This document shows positions 17,704-32,364 of a stretch of DNA of 64,000 nt, piece after piece. The DNA lies in the NCBI GenBank assembly GCA_964057225.1, contig OZ059899.1, positions 9,362,001-9,426,000 on the forward strand, in the 5' to 3' direction. This DNA comes from Auanema rhodensis. Taxonomy: Eukaryota > Animalia > Nematoda. The stretch's first letter is position 1, and each line of letters starts with the position of its first letter. Position numbers and translations under genes: made by a program. Below the pieces are notes generated by a model that searched no databases, was not told the DNA's origin, and worked only from the letters and a program-made list of their open reading frames with translations.

Positions 17704-18648
17704 TAAATTTTTTTCATTTCACTTGTCATTCATAAAAATCGAATTTATTTTTTTCAATGATTTTTTTTTGCAATGTGTCATAAGAATTACACAGTTGAAC
17801 AAAACGTTTTTTAAGAATTTTCTTTGTTGTCAACATATATATTTTCCTGGAATTCGAAAGCATTTGGGATGGAAATTAGAAAGAAAAGAACTAGTTTTTC
17901 CTAATTTAAAACAAACAATAAGAAATAAAATGAAAAAGAATGTTAGATATCCAATTTAAACTTATACATTTACTTCGATAAAGAGCCTATTAGATTGAAA
18001 TTTTATGTCTTACAGTTCTCCAACAGAACAGACTGATCCTGATTTTTCTACGATTACATAAAACTCTCGTTTGATATGAAAAAAGGAGAGGAATAACGTT
18101 TTCAGGATATCAATGATATCGAATCTAGTGATAATGTAGAAAAATGTAATGTCAGCTCCATAGGTTTTCTCCTAATTTCTCTCATCACAATTGTCTTAGT
18201 TTTTTCTCATAAGAGTTTCTGAAATCTTAGGTGAACAAGGCCGTATAAAATTTCCTGTAATTCGAAAGCATTTGGGATGGAATTTAGAAAGAAAAGAACT
18301 AGTTTTTCCTACTTTAAAACAAACAATAAGAAATAAAATGAAAAAGATTGTTAGATATCCAATTTAAACTTATACATTTACTTCGATAAAGAGCCTATTA
18401 GTTTGAAATTTTATGTCTTACAGTTCTCCAACAGAACAGACTGATTCTGATTTCTCTATGATTACATAAAACTCCCGTTTGATATAAAAAAAGGAGAGGA
18501 ATAACGTTTCCAGGATGTCAAGGATATCGAATCTAGTGATATTGTAGAAAAATGTAATGTCAGCTCCATAGGTTTTCTCCTAATTTCTCTCATCACAATT
18601 GTCTTAGTTTTTTTTCTCATAAGAGTTTCTGAAATCTTTGTTGAACAA

Positions 18649-18721
18649 GGTCGCGTGGCGCAATGGATAACGCGTCTGCCTACGGAGCAGAAGATTATAG
18701 GTTCGAATCCTGCCGTGGTCG
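18649..18721 (+). tRNA. tRNA-Arg(ACG), variant B
   Basis: C3T, G49A copy. Confidence 0.8.
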
Positions 18722-19667
18722 TAAATTTTTTTCATTTCACTTGTCATTTACAAAAATCGAATTTATTTTCTTCAACGATTATTTTTGCAATGTGTCATAA
18801 GAATTTCACAGTTGAACAAAACGTTTTTTAAGAAGTTTTTTTGTTGTCAACATATATATTTTGCTGGAATTCAAAAGCATTTGGGATGGAAATTAGAAAG
18901 AAAAGAACTAGTTTTTCCTACTTTAAAACAAACAATAAGAAATAAAATGAAAAAGATTGTTAGATATCCAATTTAAACTTATACATTTACTTCGATAAAG
19001 AGCCTATTAGATTGAAATTTTATGTCTTACAGTTCTCCAACAGAACAGACTGATCCTGATTTTTCTACGATTACATAAAACTCTCGTTTGATATAAAAAA
19101 AGGAGAGGAACAACGTTTCCAGGATGTCAAGGATATCGAATCTAGTGATATTGTAGAGAAATGTAATGTCAGCTCCATAGGTTTTCTCTTAATTTCTCTC
19201 ATCACAATTGTCTTAGTTTTTTTCTCATAAGAGTTTCTGAAATCTTAGGTGAACAAGGCCGTATATAATTTCCTGTAATTCGAAAGCATTTGGGATGGAA
19301 TTTAGAAAGAAAAGAACTAGTTTTTCCTACTTTAAAACAAACAATAAGAAATAAAATGAAAAAGATTGTTAGATATCCAATTTAAACTTATACATTTACT
19401 TCGATAAAAAGCCTATTAGATTGAAATTTTATGTCTTACAGTTCTCCAACAGAACAGACTGATCCTGATTTCTCTACGATTACATAAAACTCTCGTTTGA
19501 TATAAAAAAAGGAGAGGAATAACGTTTCCAGGATGTCAAGGATATCGAATCTAGTGATATTGTAGAAAAATGTAATGTCAGCTCCATAGGTTTTCTCCTA
19601 ATTTCTCTCATCACAATTGTCTTAGTTTTTTTTTCTCATAAGAGTTTCTGAAATCTTTGTTGAACAA

Positions 19668-19740
19668 GGTCGCGTGGCGCAATGGATAACGCGTCTGCCT
19701 ACGGAGCAGAAGATTATAGGTTCGAATCCTGCCGTGGTCG
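19668..19740 (+). tRNA. tRNA-Arg(ACG), variant B
   Basis: C3T, G49A copy. Confidence 0.8.
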
Positions 19741-20684
19741 TAAATTTTTTTCATTTCACTTGTCATTTACAAAAATCGAATTTATTTTCTTCAACGATTA
19801 TTTTTGCAATGTGTCATAAGAATTTCACAGTTGAACAAAACGTTTTTTAAGAAGTTTTTTTGTTGTCAACATATATATTTTGCTGGAATTCAAAAGCATT
19901 TGGGATGGAAATTAGAAAGAAAAGAACTAGTTTTTCCTACTTTAAAACAAACAATAAGAAATAAAATGAAAAAGAATGTTAGATATCCAATTTAAACTTA
20001 TACATTTACTTCGATAAAGAGCCTATTAGATTGAAATTTTATGTCTTACAGTTCTCCAACAGAACAGACTGATCCTGATTTTTCTACGATTACATAAAAC
20101 TCTCGTTTGATATGAAAAAAGGAGAGGAATAACGTTTTCAGGATATCAATGATATCGAATCTAGTGATAATGTAGAAAAATGTAATGTCAGCTCCATAGG
20201 TTTTCTCCTAATTTCTCTCATCACAATTGTCTTAGTTTTTTCTCATAAGAGTTTCTGAAATCTTAGGTGAACAAGGCCGTATAAAATTTCCTGTAATTCG
20301 AAAGCATTTGGGATGGAATTTAGAAAGAAAAGAACTAGTTTTTCCTACTTTAAAACAAACAATAAGAAATAAAATGAAAAAGATTGTTAGATATCCAATT
20401 TAAACTTATACATTTACTTCGATAAAGAGCCTATTAGTTTGAAATTTTATGTCTTACAGTTCTCCAACAGAACAGACTGATTCTGATTTCTCTATGATTA
20501 CATAAAACTCCCGTTTGATATAAAAAAAGGAGAGGAATAACGTTTCCAGGATGTCAAGGATATCGAATCTAGTGATATTGTAGAAAAATGTAATGTCAGC
20601 TCCATAGGTTTTCTCCTAATTTCTCTCATCACAATTGTCTTAGTTTTTTTTCTCATAAGAGTTTCTGAAATCTTTGTTGAACAA

Positions 20685-20757
20685 GGTCGCGTGGCGCAAT
20701 GGATAACGCGTCTGCCTACGGAGCAGAAGATTATAGGTTCGAATCCTGCCGTGGTCG
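20685..20757 (+). tRNA. tRNA-Arg(ACG), variant B
   Basis: C3T, G49A copy. Confidence 0.8.
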
Positions 20758-22112
20758 TAAATTTTTTTCATTTCACTTGTCATTTACAAAAATCGAATTT
20801 ATTTTCTTCAACGATTATTTTTGCAATGTGTCATAAGAATTTCACAGTTGAACAAAACGTTTTTTAAGAAGTTTTTTTGTTGTCAACATATATATTTTGC
20901 TGGAATTCAAAAGCATTTGGGATGGAAATTAGAAAGAAAAGAACTAGTTTTTCCTACTTTAAAACAAACAATAAGAAATAAAATGAAAAAGATTGTTAGA
21001 TATCCAATTTAAACTTATACATTTACTTCGATAAAGAGCCTATTAGATTGAAATTTTATGTCTTACAGTTCTCCAACAGAACAGACTGATCCTGATTTTT
21101 CTACGATTACATAAAACTCTCGTTTGATATAAAAAAAGGAGAGGAACAACGTTTCCAGGATGTCAAGGATATCGAATCTAGTGATATTGTAGAGAAATGT
21201 AATGTCAGCTCCATAGGTTTTCTCTTAATTTCTCTCATCACAATTGTCTTAGTTTTTTTCTCATAAGAGTTTCTGAAATCTTAGGTGAACAAGGCCGTAT
21301 ATAATTTCCTGTAATTCGAAAGCATTTGGGATGGAATTTAGAAAGAAAAGAACTAGTTTTTCCTACTTTAAAACAAACAATAAGAAATAAAATGAAAAAG
21401 ATTGTTAGATATCCAATTTAAACTTATACATTTACTTCGATAAAGAGCCTATTAGTTTGAAATTTTATGTCTTACAGTTCTCCAACAGAACAGACTGATC
21501 CTGATTTCTCTATGATTACATAAAACTCCCGTTTGATATGAAAAAAGAAAAGAAATAACGTTTCCAGGATGTCAAGGATATCGAATCTAGTGATATTGTA
21601 GAGAAATGTAATGTCAGCTCCATAGGTTTTCTCTTAATTTCTCTCATCACAATTGTCTTAGTTTTTTTCTCATAAGAGTTTCTGAAATCTTAGGTGAACA
21701 AGGCCGTATATAATTTCCTGTAATTCGAAAGCATTTGGGATGGAATTTAGAAAGAAAAGAACTAGTTTTTCCTACTTTAAAACAAACAATAAGAAATAAA
21801 ATGAAAAAGATTGTTAGATATCCAATTTAAACTTATACATTTACTTCGATAAAGAGCCTGTTAGATTGAAATTTTATGTCTTACAGTTCTCCAACAGAAC
21901 AGACTGATCCTGATTTCTCTATGATTACATAAAACTCCCGTTTGATATAAAAAAAAGAGAGGAATAACGTTTCCAGGATGTCAAGGATATCGAATCTAGT
22001 GATATTGTAGAGAAATGTAATGTCAGCTCCATAGGTTTTCTCCTAATTTCTCTCATCACAATTGTCTTAGTTTTTTTTTCTCATAAGAGTTTCTGAAATC
22101 TTAGTTTAACAA

Positions 22113-22185
22113 GGCCGCGTGGCGCAATGGATAACGCGTCTGCCTACGGAGCAGAAGATTGTAGGTTCGAATCCTGCCGTGGTCG
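22113..22185 (+). tRNA. tRNA-Arg(ACG), major type
   Basis: Same 73-mer. Confidence 0.93.
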
Positions 22186-22722
22186 TAAATTTTTTTCATT
22201 TCACTTGTCATTCATAAAAATCGAATTTATTTTTTTCAATGATTTTTTTTGCAATGTGTCATAAGAATTACACAGTTGAACAAAACGTTTTTTAAGAATT
22301 TTCTTTGTTGTCAACATATATATTTTCCTGGAATTCGAAAGCATTTGGGATGGAAATTAGAAAGAAAAGAACTAGTTTTTCCTAATTTAAAACAAACAAT
22401 AAGAAATAAAATGAAAAAGATTGTTAGATATCCAATTTAAACTTATACATTTACTTCGATAAAAAGCCTATTAGTTTGAAATTTTATGTCTTACAGTTCT
22501 CCAACAGAACAGACTGATCCTGATTTTTCTACGATTACATAAAACTCTCGTTTGATATAAAAAAAGGAGAGGAATAACGTTTCCAGGATGTCAAGGATAT
22601 CGAATCTAGTGATATTGTAGAAAAATGTAATGTCAGCTCCATAGGTTTTCTCCTAATTTCTCTCATCACAATTGTTTTAGTTTTTTTTTCTCATAAGAGT
22701 TTCTGAAATCTTAGTTGAACAG

Positions 22723-22795
22723 GGCCGCGTGGCGCAATGGATAACGCGTCTGCCTACGGAGCAGAAGATTGTAGGTTCGAATCCTGCCGTGGTCG
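22723..22795 (+). tRNA. tRNA-Arg(ACG), major type
   Basis: Same 73-mer. Confidence 0.93.
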
Positions 22796-23333
22796 TAAAT
22801 TTTTTTCATTTCACTTGTCATTCATAAAAATCGAATTTATTTTTTTCAATGATTTTTTTTTGCAATGTGTCATAAGAATTACACAGTTGAACAAAACGTT
22901 TTTTAAGAATTTTCTTTGTTGTCAACATATATATTTTCCTGGAATTCGAAAGCATTTGGGATGGAAATTAGAAAGAAAAGAACTAGTTTTTCCTACTTTA
23001 AAACAAACAATAAGAAATAAAATGAAAAAGATTGTTAGATATCCAATTTAAACTTATACATTTACTTCGATGAAGAGCCTGTTAGTTTGAAATTTTATGT
23101 CTTACAGTTCTCCAACAGAACACACTGATCCTGATTTTTCTACGATTACATAAAACTCTCGTTTGATATAAAAAAAGGAGAGGAATAACGTTTCCAGGAT
23201 GTCAAGGATATCGAATCTAGTGATATTGTAGAAAAATGTAATGTCAGCTCCATAGGTTTTCTCCTAATTTCTCTCATCACAATTGTCTTAGTTTTTTTTT
23301 CTCATAAGAGTTTCTGAAATCTTAATTGAACAA

Positions 23334-23406
23334 GGCCGCGTGGCGCAATGGATAACGCGTCTGCCTACGGAGCAGAAGATTGTAGGTTCGAATCCTGCCG
23401 TGGTCG
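23334..23406 (+). tRNA. tRNA-Arg(ACG), major type
   Basis: Same 73-mer. Confidence 0.93.
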
Positions 23407-23943
23407 TAAATTTTTTTCATTTCACCTGTCATTCATAAAAATCGAATTTATTTTTTTCAATGATTTTTTTTTGCAATGTGTCATAAGAATTACACAGTTG
23501 AACAAAACTTTTTTAAGAATTTTCTTTGTTGTCAACATATATATTTTCCTGGAATTCGAAAGCATTTGGGATGGAAATTAGAAAGAAAAGAACTAGTTTT
23601 TCCTACTTTAAAACAAACAATAAGAAATAAAATGAAAAAGATTGTTAGATATCCAATTTAAACTTATACATTTACTTCGATAAAGAGCCTGTTAGATTGA
23701 AATTTTATGTCTTACAGTTCTCCAACAGAACAGACTGATCCTGATTTCTCTATGATTACATAAAACTCCCGTTTGATATAAAAAAAAGAGAGGAATAACG
23801 TTTCCAGGATGTCAAGGATATCGAATCTAGTGATATTGTAGAGAAATGTAATGTCAGCTCCATAGGTTTTCTCCTAATTTCTCTCATCACAATTGTCTTA
23901 GTTTTTTTTTCTCATAAGAGTTTCTGAAATCTTAGTTTAACAA

Positions 23944-24016
23944 GGCCGCGTGGCGCAATGGATAACGCGTCTGCCTACGGAGCAGAAGATTGTAGGTTCG
24001 AATCCTGCCGTGGTCG
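23944..24016 (+). tRNA. tRNA-Arg(ACG), major type
   Basis: Same 73-mer. Confidence 0.93.
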
Positions 24017-24553
24017 TAAATTTTTTTCATTTCACTTGTCATTCATAAAAATCGAATTTATTTTTTTCAATGATTTTTTTTGCAATGTGTCATAAGAATT
24101 ACACAGTTGAACAAAACGTTTTTTAAGAATTTTCTTTGTTGTCAACATATATATTTTCCTGGAATTCGAAAGCATTTGGGATGGAAATTAGAAAGAAAAG
24201 AACTAGTTTTTCCTAATTTAAAACAAACAATAAGAAATAAAATGAAAAAGATTGTTAGATATCCAATTTAAACTTATACATTTACTTCGATAAAAAGCCT
24301 ACTAGTTTGAAATTTTATGTCTTACAGTTCTCCAACAGAACAGACTGATCCTGATTTTTCTACGATTACATAAAACTCTTGTTTGATATAAAAAAAGGAG
24401 AGGAATAACGTTTCCAGGATGTCAAGGATATCGAATCTAGTGATATTGTAGAAAAATGTAATGTCAGCTCCATAGGTTTTCTCCTAATTTCTCTCATCAC
24501 AATTGTTTTAGTTTTTTTTTCTCATAAGAGTTTCTGAAATCTTAGTTGAACAG

Positions 24554-24626
24554 GGCCGCGTGGCGCAATGGATAACGCGTCTGCCTACGGAGCAGAAGAT
24601 TGTAGGTTCGAATCCTGCCGTGGTCG
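24554..24626 (+). tRNA. tRNA-Arg(ACG), major type
   Basis: Same 73-mer. Confidence 0.93.
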
Positions 24627-25164
24627 TAAATTTTTTTCATTTCACTTGTCATTCATAAAAATCGAATTTATTTTTTTCAATGATTTTTTTTTGCAATGTG
24701 TCATAAGAATTACACAGTTGAACAAAACGTTTTTTAAGAATTTTCTTTGTTGTCAACATATATATTTTCCTGGAATTCGAAAGCATTTGGGATGGAAATT
24801 AGAAAGAAAAGAACTAGTTTTTCCTACTTTAAAACAAACAATAAGAAATAAAATGAAAAAGATTGTTAGATATCCAATTTAAACTTATACATTTACTTCG
24901 ATGAAGAGCCTGTTAGTTTGAAATTTTATGTCTTACAGTTCTCCAACAGAACAGACTGATCCTGATTTTTCTACGATTACATAAAACTCTCGTTTGATAT
25001 AAAAAAAGGAGAGGAATAACGTTTCCAGGATGTCAAGGATATCGAATCTAGTGATATTGTAGAAAAATGTAATGTCAGCTCCATAGGTTTTCTCCTAATT
25101 TCTCTCATCACAATTGTCTTAGTTTTTTTTTCTCATAAGAGTTTCTGAAATCTTAATTGAACAA

Positions 25165-25237
25165 GGCCGCGTGGCGCAATGGATAACGCGTCTGCCTACG
25201 GAGCAGAAGATTGTAGGTTCGAATCCTGCCGTGGTCG
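25165..25237 (+). tRNA. tRNA-Arg(ACG), major type
   Basis: Same 73-mer. Confidence 0.93.
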
Positions 25238-27405
25238 TAAATTTTTTTCATTTCACCTGTCATTCATAAAAATCGAATTTATTTTTTTCAATGATTTTTT
25301 TTTGCAATGTGTCATAAGAATTACACAGTTGAACAAAACTTTTTTAAGAATTTTCTTTGTTGTCAACATATATATTTTCCTGGAATTCGAAAGCATTTGG
25401 GATGGAAATTAGAAAGAAAAGAACTAGTTTTTCCTACTTTAAAACAAACAATAAGAAATAAAATGAAAAAGATTGTTAGATATTCAATTTAAACTTATAC
25501 ATTTACTTCGATAAAGAGCCTATTAGATTGAAATTTTATGTCTTACAGTTCTCCAACAGAACAGACTGATCCTGATTTTTCTACGATTACATAAAACTCT
25601 CGTTTGATATAAAAAAAGGAGAGGAACAACGTTTCCAGGATGTCAAGGATATCGACTCTAGTGATATTGTAGAAAAATGTAATGTCAGCTCCATAGGTTT
25701 TCCCCTAATTTCTCTCATCACAATTGTCTTAGTTTTTTTCTCATAAGAGTTTCTGAAATCTTAGGTGAACAAGGCCGTATGAAATTTCCTGTAATTCGAA
25801 AGCATTTGGGATGGAAATTAGAAAGAAAAGAACTAGTTTTTCCTACTTTGAAACAAACAATAATAAATAAAATGAAAAGATTGTTAGATATTCAATTTAA
25901 ACTTATACATTTACTTTGATAAAAAGCCTATTAGATTGAAATTTTATGTCTTACAGTTCTCCAACAGAACAGACTGATCCTGATTTCTCTACGATTACAT
26001 AAAACTCTTGTTTGATATAAAAAAAGGAGAGGAATAACGTTTCCAGGATGTCAATGATATTGAATCTAGTGATATTGTAGAAAAATGTAATGTCAGCTCC
26101 ATAGGTTTTCTCTTAATTTCTCTCATCACAATTGTCTTAGTTTTTTTCTCATAAGAGTTTCTGAAATCTTAGGTGAACAAGGCCGTATAAAATTTCCTGT
26201 AATTCGAAAGCATTTGGGATGGAAATTAGAAAGAAAAGAACTAGTTTTTCCTAATTTAAAACAAACAATAAGAAATAAAATGAAAAAGATTGTTAGATAT
26301 CCAATTTAAACTTATACATTTACTTCGATAAAGAGCCTATTAGATTGAAATTTTATGTCTTACAGTTCTCCAACAGAACAGACTGATCCTGATTTTTCTA
26401 CGATTACATAAAACTCTTGTTTGATATAAAAAAAGGAGAGGAATAACGTTTCCAGGATATCAAGGATATCGACTCTAGTGATATTGTAGAAAAATGTAAT
26501 GTCAGCTCCATAGGTTTTCCCCTAATTTCTCTCATCACAATTGTCTTAGTTTTTTTCTCATAAGTTTCTGAAATCTTAGGTGAACAAGGCCGTATGAAAT
26601 TTCCTGTAATTCGAAAGCATTTGGGATGGAAATTAGAAAGAAAAGAACTAGTTTTTCCTACTTTGAAACAAACAATAATAAATAAAATGAAAAAATTGTT
26701 AGATATCCAATTTAAACTTATACATTTACTTTGATAAAAAGCCTATTAGATTGAAATTTTATGTCTTACAGTTCTCCAACAGAACAGACTGATCCTGATT
26801 TCTCTACGATTACATAAAACTCTTGTTTGATATAAAAAAAGGAGAGGAATAACGTTTCCAGGATATCAATGATATCGAATCTAGTGATATTGTAGAAAAA
26901 TGTAATGTCAGCTCCATAGGTTTTCTCCTAATTTCTCTCATCACAATTGTCTTAGTTTTTTTCTCATAAGAGTTTCTGAAATCTTAGGTGAACAAGGCCG
27001 TATAAAATTTCCTGTAATTCGAAAGCATTTGGGATGGAAATTAGAAAGAAAAGAACTAGTTTTTCCTACTTTGAAACAAACAATAATAAATAAAATGAAA
27101 AGATTGTTAGATATTCAATTTAAACTTATACATTTACTTTGATAAAAAGCCTATTAGTTTGAAATTTTATGTCTTACAGTTCTCCAACAGAACAGACTGA
27201 TCCTGATTTTTCTACGATTACATAAAACTCTCGTTTGATATAAAAAAAGGAGAGGAATAACGTTTCCAGAATGTCAAGGATATCGAATCTAGTGATATTG
27301 TAGAAAAATGTAATGTCAGCTCCATAGGTTTTCTCCTAATTTCTCTCATCACAATTGTTTTAGTTTTTTTTTCTCATAAGAGTTTCTGAAATCTTAGTTG
27401 AACAG

Positions 27406-27478
27406 GGCCGCGTGGCGCAATGGATAACGCGTCTGCCTACGGAGCAGAAGATTGTAGGTTCGAATCCTGCCGTGGTCG
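27406..27478 (+). tRNA. tRNA-Arg(ACG), major type
   Basis: Same 73-mer. Confidence 0.93.
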
Positions 27479-28015
27479 TAAATTTTTTTCATTTCACTTA
27501 TCATTCATAAAAATCGAATTTATTTTTTTCAATGATTTTTTTTTGCAATGTGTCATAAGAATTACACAGCTGAACAAAACGTTTTTTAAGAATTTTCTTT
27601 GTTGTCAACATATATATTTTCCTGGAATTCGAAAGCATTTGGGATGGAAATTAGAAAGAAAAGAACTAGTTTTTCCTAATTTAAAACAAACAATAAGAAA
27701 TGAATGAAAAAGATTGTTAGATATCCAATTTAAACTTATACATTTACTTCGATAAAAAGCCTATTAGTTTGAAATTTTATGTCTTACAGTTCTCCAACAG
27801 AACAGACTGATCCTGATTTTTCTACGATTACATAAAACTCTCGTTTGATATAAAAAAAGGAGAGGAATAACGTTTCCAGAATGTCAAGGATATCGAATCT
27901 AGTGATATTGTAGAAAAATGTAATGTCAGCTCCATAGGTTTTCTCCTAATTTCTCTCATCACAATTGTTTTAGTTTTTTTTTCTCATAAGAGTTTCTGAA
28001 ATCTTAGTTGAACAG

Positions 28016-28088
28016 GGCCGCGTGGCGCAATGGATAACGCGTCTGCCTACGGAGCAGAAGATTGTAGGTTCGAATCCTGCCGTGGTCG
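28016..28088 (+). tRNA. tRNA-Arg(ACG), major type
   Basis: Same 73-mer. Confidence 0.93.
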
Positions 28089-28626
28089 TAAATTTTTTTC
28101 ATTTCACTTATCATTCATAAAAATCGAATTTATTTTTTTCAATGATTTTTTTTTGCAACGTGTCATAAGAATTACACAGCTGAACAAAACGTTTTTTAAG
28201 AATTTTCTTTGTTGTCAACATATATATTTTCCTGGAATTCGAAAGCATTTGGGATGGAAATTAGAAAGAAAAGAACTAGTTTTTCCTAATTTAAAACAAA
28301 CAATAAGAAATAAAATGAAAAAGATTGTTAGATATCCAATTTAAACTTATACATTTACTTCGATAAAAAGCCTATTAGTTTGAAATTTTATGTCTTACAG
28401 TTCTCCAACAGAACAGACTGATCCTGATTTTTCTACGATTACATAAAACTCTCGTTTGATATAAAAAAAGGAGAGGAATAACGTTTCCAGAATGTCAAGG
28501 ATATCGAATCTAGTGATATTGTAGAAAAATGTAATGTCAGCTCCATAGGTTTTCTCCTAATTTCTCTCATCACAATTGTTTTAGTTTTTTTTTCTCATAA
28601 GAGTTTCTGAAATCTTAGTTGAACAG

Positions 28627-28699
28627 GGCCGCGTGGCGCAATGGATAACGCGTCTGCCTACGGAGCAGAAGATTGTAGGTTCGAATCCTGCCGTGGTCG
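28627..28699 (+). tRNA. tRNA-Arg(ACG), major type
   Basis: Same 73-mer. Confidence 0.93.
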
Positions 28700-29235
28700 T
28701 AAATTTTTTTCATTTCACTTGTCATTCATAAAAATCGAATTTATTTTTTTCAATGACTTTTTTTGCAATGTGTCATAAGAATTACACAGTTGAACAAAAC
28801 GTTTTTTAAGAATTTTCTTTGTTGTCAACATATATATTTTCCTGGAATTCGAAAGCATTTGGGATGGAAATTAGAAAGAAAAGAACTAGTTTTTCCTACT
28901 TTAAAACAAACAATAAGAAATAAAATGAAAAAGATTGTTAGATATCCAATTTAAACTTATACATTTACTTCGATGAAGAGCCTGTTAGTTTGAAATTTTA
29001 TGTCTTACAGTTCTCCAACAGAACACACTGATCCTGATTTTTCTACGATTACATAAAACTCTCGTTTGATATAAAAAAGGAGAGGAATAACGTTTCCAGG
29101 ATGTCAAGGATATCGAATCTAGTGATATTGTAGAAAAATGTAATGTCAGCTCCATAGGTTTTCTCCTAATTTCTCTCATCACAATTGTTTTAGTTTTTTT
29201 TTCTCATAAGAGTTTCTGAAATCTTAGTTGAACAG

Positions 29236-29308
29236 GGCCGCGTGGCGCAATGGATAACGCGTCTGCCTACGGAGCAGAAGATTGTAGGTTCGAATCCTGC
29301 CGTGGTCG
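29236..29308 (+). tRNA. tRNA-Arg(ACG), major type
   Basis: Same 73-mer. Confidence 0.93.
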
Positions 29309-29845
29309 TAAATTTTTTTCATTTCACTTGTCATTCATAAAAATCGAATTTATTTTTTTCAATGATTTTTTTTTGCAATGTGTCATAAGAATTACACAGT
29401 TGAACAAAACTTTTTTAAGAATTTTCTTTGTTGTCAACATATATATTTTCCTGGAATTCGAAAGCATTTGGGATGGAAATTAGAAAGAAAAGAACTAGTT
29501 TTTCCTACTTTAAAACAAACAATAAGAAATAAAATGAAAAAGATTGTTAGATATTCAATTTAAACTTATACATTTACTTCGATAAAGAGCCTATTAGATT
29601 GAAATTTTATGTCTTACAGTTCTCCAACAGAACAGACTGATCCTGATTTTTCTACGATTACATAAAACTCTCGTTTGATATAAAAAAAGGAGAGGAACAA
29701 CGTTTCCAGGATGTCAAGGATATCGAATCTAGTGATATTGTAGAAAAATGTAATGTCAGCTCCATAGGTTTTCTCCTAATTTCTCTCATCACAATTGTTT
29801 TAGTTTTTTTTTCTCATAAGAGTTTCTGAAATCTTAGTTGAACAG

Positions 29846-29918
29846 GGCCGCGTGGCGCAATGGATAACGCGTCTGCCTACGGAGCAGAAGATTGTAGGTT
29901 CGAATCCTGCCGTGGTCG
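29846..29918 (+). tRNA. tRNA-Arg(ACG), major type
   Basis: Same 73-mer. Confidence 0.93.
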
Positions 29919-30455
29919 TAAATTTTTTTCATTTCACTTGTCATTCATAAAAATCGAATTTATTTTTTTCAATGATTTTTTTTTGCAATGTGTCATAAGA
30001 ATTACACAGTTGAACAAAACGTTTTTTAAGAATTTTCTTTGTTGTCAACATATATATTTTCCTGGAATTCGAAAGCATTTGGGATGGAAATTAGAAAGAA
30101 AAGAACTAGTTTTTCCTACTTTAAAACAAACAATAAGAAATAAAATGAAAAAGATTGTTAGATATCCAATTTAAACTTATACATTTACTTCGATGAAGAG
30201 CCTGTTAGTTTGAAATTTTATGTCTTACAGTTCTCCAACAGAACACACTGATCCTGATTTTTCTACGATTACATAAAACTCTCGTTTGATATAAAAAAGG
30301 AGAGGAATAACGTTTCCAGGATGTCAAGGATATCGAATCTAGTGATATTGTAGAAAAATGTAATGTCAGCTCCATAGGTTTTCTCCTAATTTCTCTCATC
30401 ACAATTGTTTTAGTTTTTTTTTCTCATAAGAGTTTCTGAAATCTTAGTTGAACAG

Positions 30456-30528
30456 GGCCGCGTGGCGCAATGGATAACGCGTCTGCCTACGGAGCAGAAG
30501 ATTGTAGGTTCGAATCCTGCCGTGGTCG
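30456..30528 (+). tRNA. tRNA-Arg(ACG), major type
   Basis: Same 73-mer. Confidence 0.93.
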
Positions 30529-32291
30529 TAAATTTTTTTCATTTCACTTGTCATTCATAAAAATCGAATTTATTTTTTTCAATGATTTTTTTTTGCAATG
30601 TGTCATAAGAATTACACAGTTGAACAAAACTTTTTTAAGAATTTTCTTTGTTGTCAACATATATATTTTCCTGGAATTCGAAAGCATTTGGGATGGAAAT
30701 TAGAAAGAAAAGAACTAGTTTTTCCTACTTTAAAACAAACAATAAGAAATAAAATGAAAAAGATTGTTAGATATTCAATTTAAACTTATACATTTACTTC
30801 GATAAAGAGCCTATTAGATTGAAATTTTATGTCTTACAGTTCTCCAACAGAACAGACTGATCCTGATTTTTCTACGATTACATAAAACTCTCGTTTGATA
30901 TAAAAAAAGGAGAGGAACAACGTTTCCAGGATGTCAAGGATATCGACTCTAGTGATATTGTAGAAAAATGTAATGTCAGCTCCATAGGTTTTCCCCTAAT
31001 TTCTCTCATCACAATTGTCTTAGTTTTTTTCTCATAAGAGTTTCTGAAATCTTAGGTGAACAAGGCCGTATAAAATTTCCTGTAATTCGAAAGCATTTGG
31101 GATGGAATTTAGAAAGAAAAGAACTAGTTTTTCCTACTTTAAAACAAACAATAAGAAATAAAATGAAAAGATTGTTAGATATTCAATTTAAACTTATACA
31201 TTTACTTTGATAAAAAGCCTATTAGATTGAAATTTTATGTCTTACAGTTCTGCAACAGAACAGACTGATCCTGATTTCTCTACAATTACATAAAACTCTT
31301 GTTTGATATAAAAAAAGGAGAGGAATAACGTTTCCAGGATATCAATGATATCGAATCTAGTGATATTGTAGAAAAATGTAATGTCAGCTCCATAGGTTTT
31401 CTCCTAATTTCTCTCATCACAATTGTCTTAGTTTTTTTCTCATCAGAGTTTCTGAAATCTTAGGTGAACAAGGCCGTATAAAATTTCCTGTAATTCGAAA
31501 GCATTTGGGATGGAATTTAGAAAGAAAAGAACTAGTTTTTCCTACTTTAAAACAAACAATAAGAAATAAAATGAAAAAGATTGTTAGATATCCAATTTAA
31601 ACTTATACATTTACTTCGATAAAGAGCCTATTAGATTGAAATTTTATGTCTTACAGTTCTGCAACAGAACAGACTGATCCTGATTTCTCTACAATTACAT
31701 AAAACTCTTGTTTGATATAAAAAAAGGAGAGGAATAACGTTTCCAGGATGTCAAGGATATCGAATCTAGTGATATTGTAGAAAAATGTAATGTCAGCTCC
31801 ATAGGTTTTCTCCTAATTTCTCTCATCACAATTGTCTTAGTTTTTTTCTCATCAGAGTTTCTGAAATCTTAGGTGAACAAGGCCGTATAAAATTTCCTGT
31901 AATTCGAAAGCATTTGGGATGGAATTTAGAAAGAAAAGAACTAGTTTTTCCTACTTTAAAACAAACAATAAGAAATAAAATGAAAAAGATTGTTAGATAT
32001 CCAATTTAAACTTATACATTTACTTCGATGAAGAGCCTGTTAGTTTGAAATTTTATGTCTTACAGTTCTCCAACAGAACACACTGATCCTGATTTTTCTA
32101 CGATTACATAAAACTCTCGTTTGATATGAAAAAAGGAGAGGAATAACGTTTCCAGGATGTCAAGGATATCGAATCTAGTGATATTGTAGAAAAATGTAAT
32201 GTCAGCTCCATAGGTTTTCTCCTAATTTCTCTCATCACAATTGTCTTAGTTTTTTTTTCTCATAAGAGTTTCTGAAATCTTAGTTTAACAA

Positions 32292-32364
32292 GGCCGCGTG
32301 GCGCAATGGATAACGCGTCTGCCTACGGAGCAGAAGATTGTAGGTTCGAATCCTGCCGTGATCG
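32292..32364 (+). tRNA. tRNA-Arg(ACG) with G70A
   Basis: Acceptor-stem mismatch C3-A70. Confidence 0.8.
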
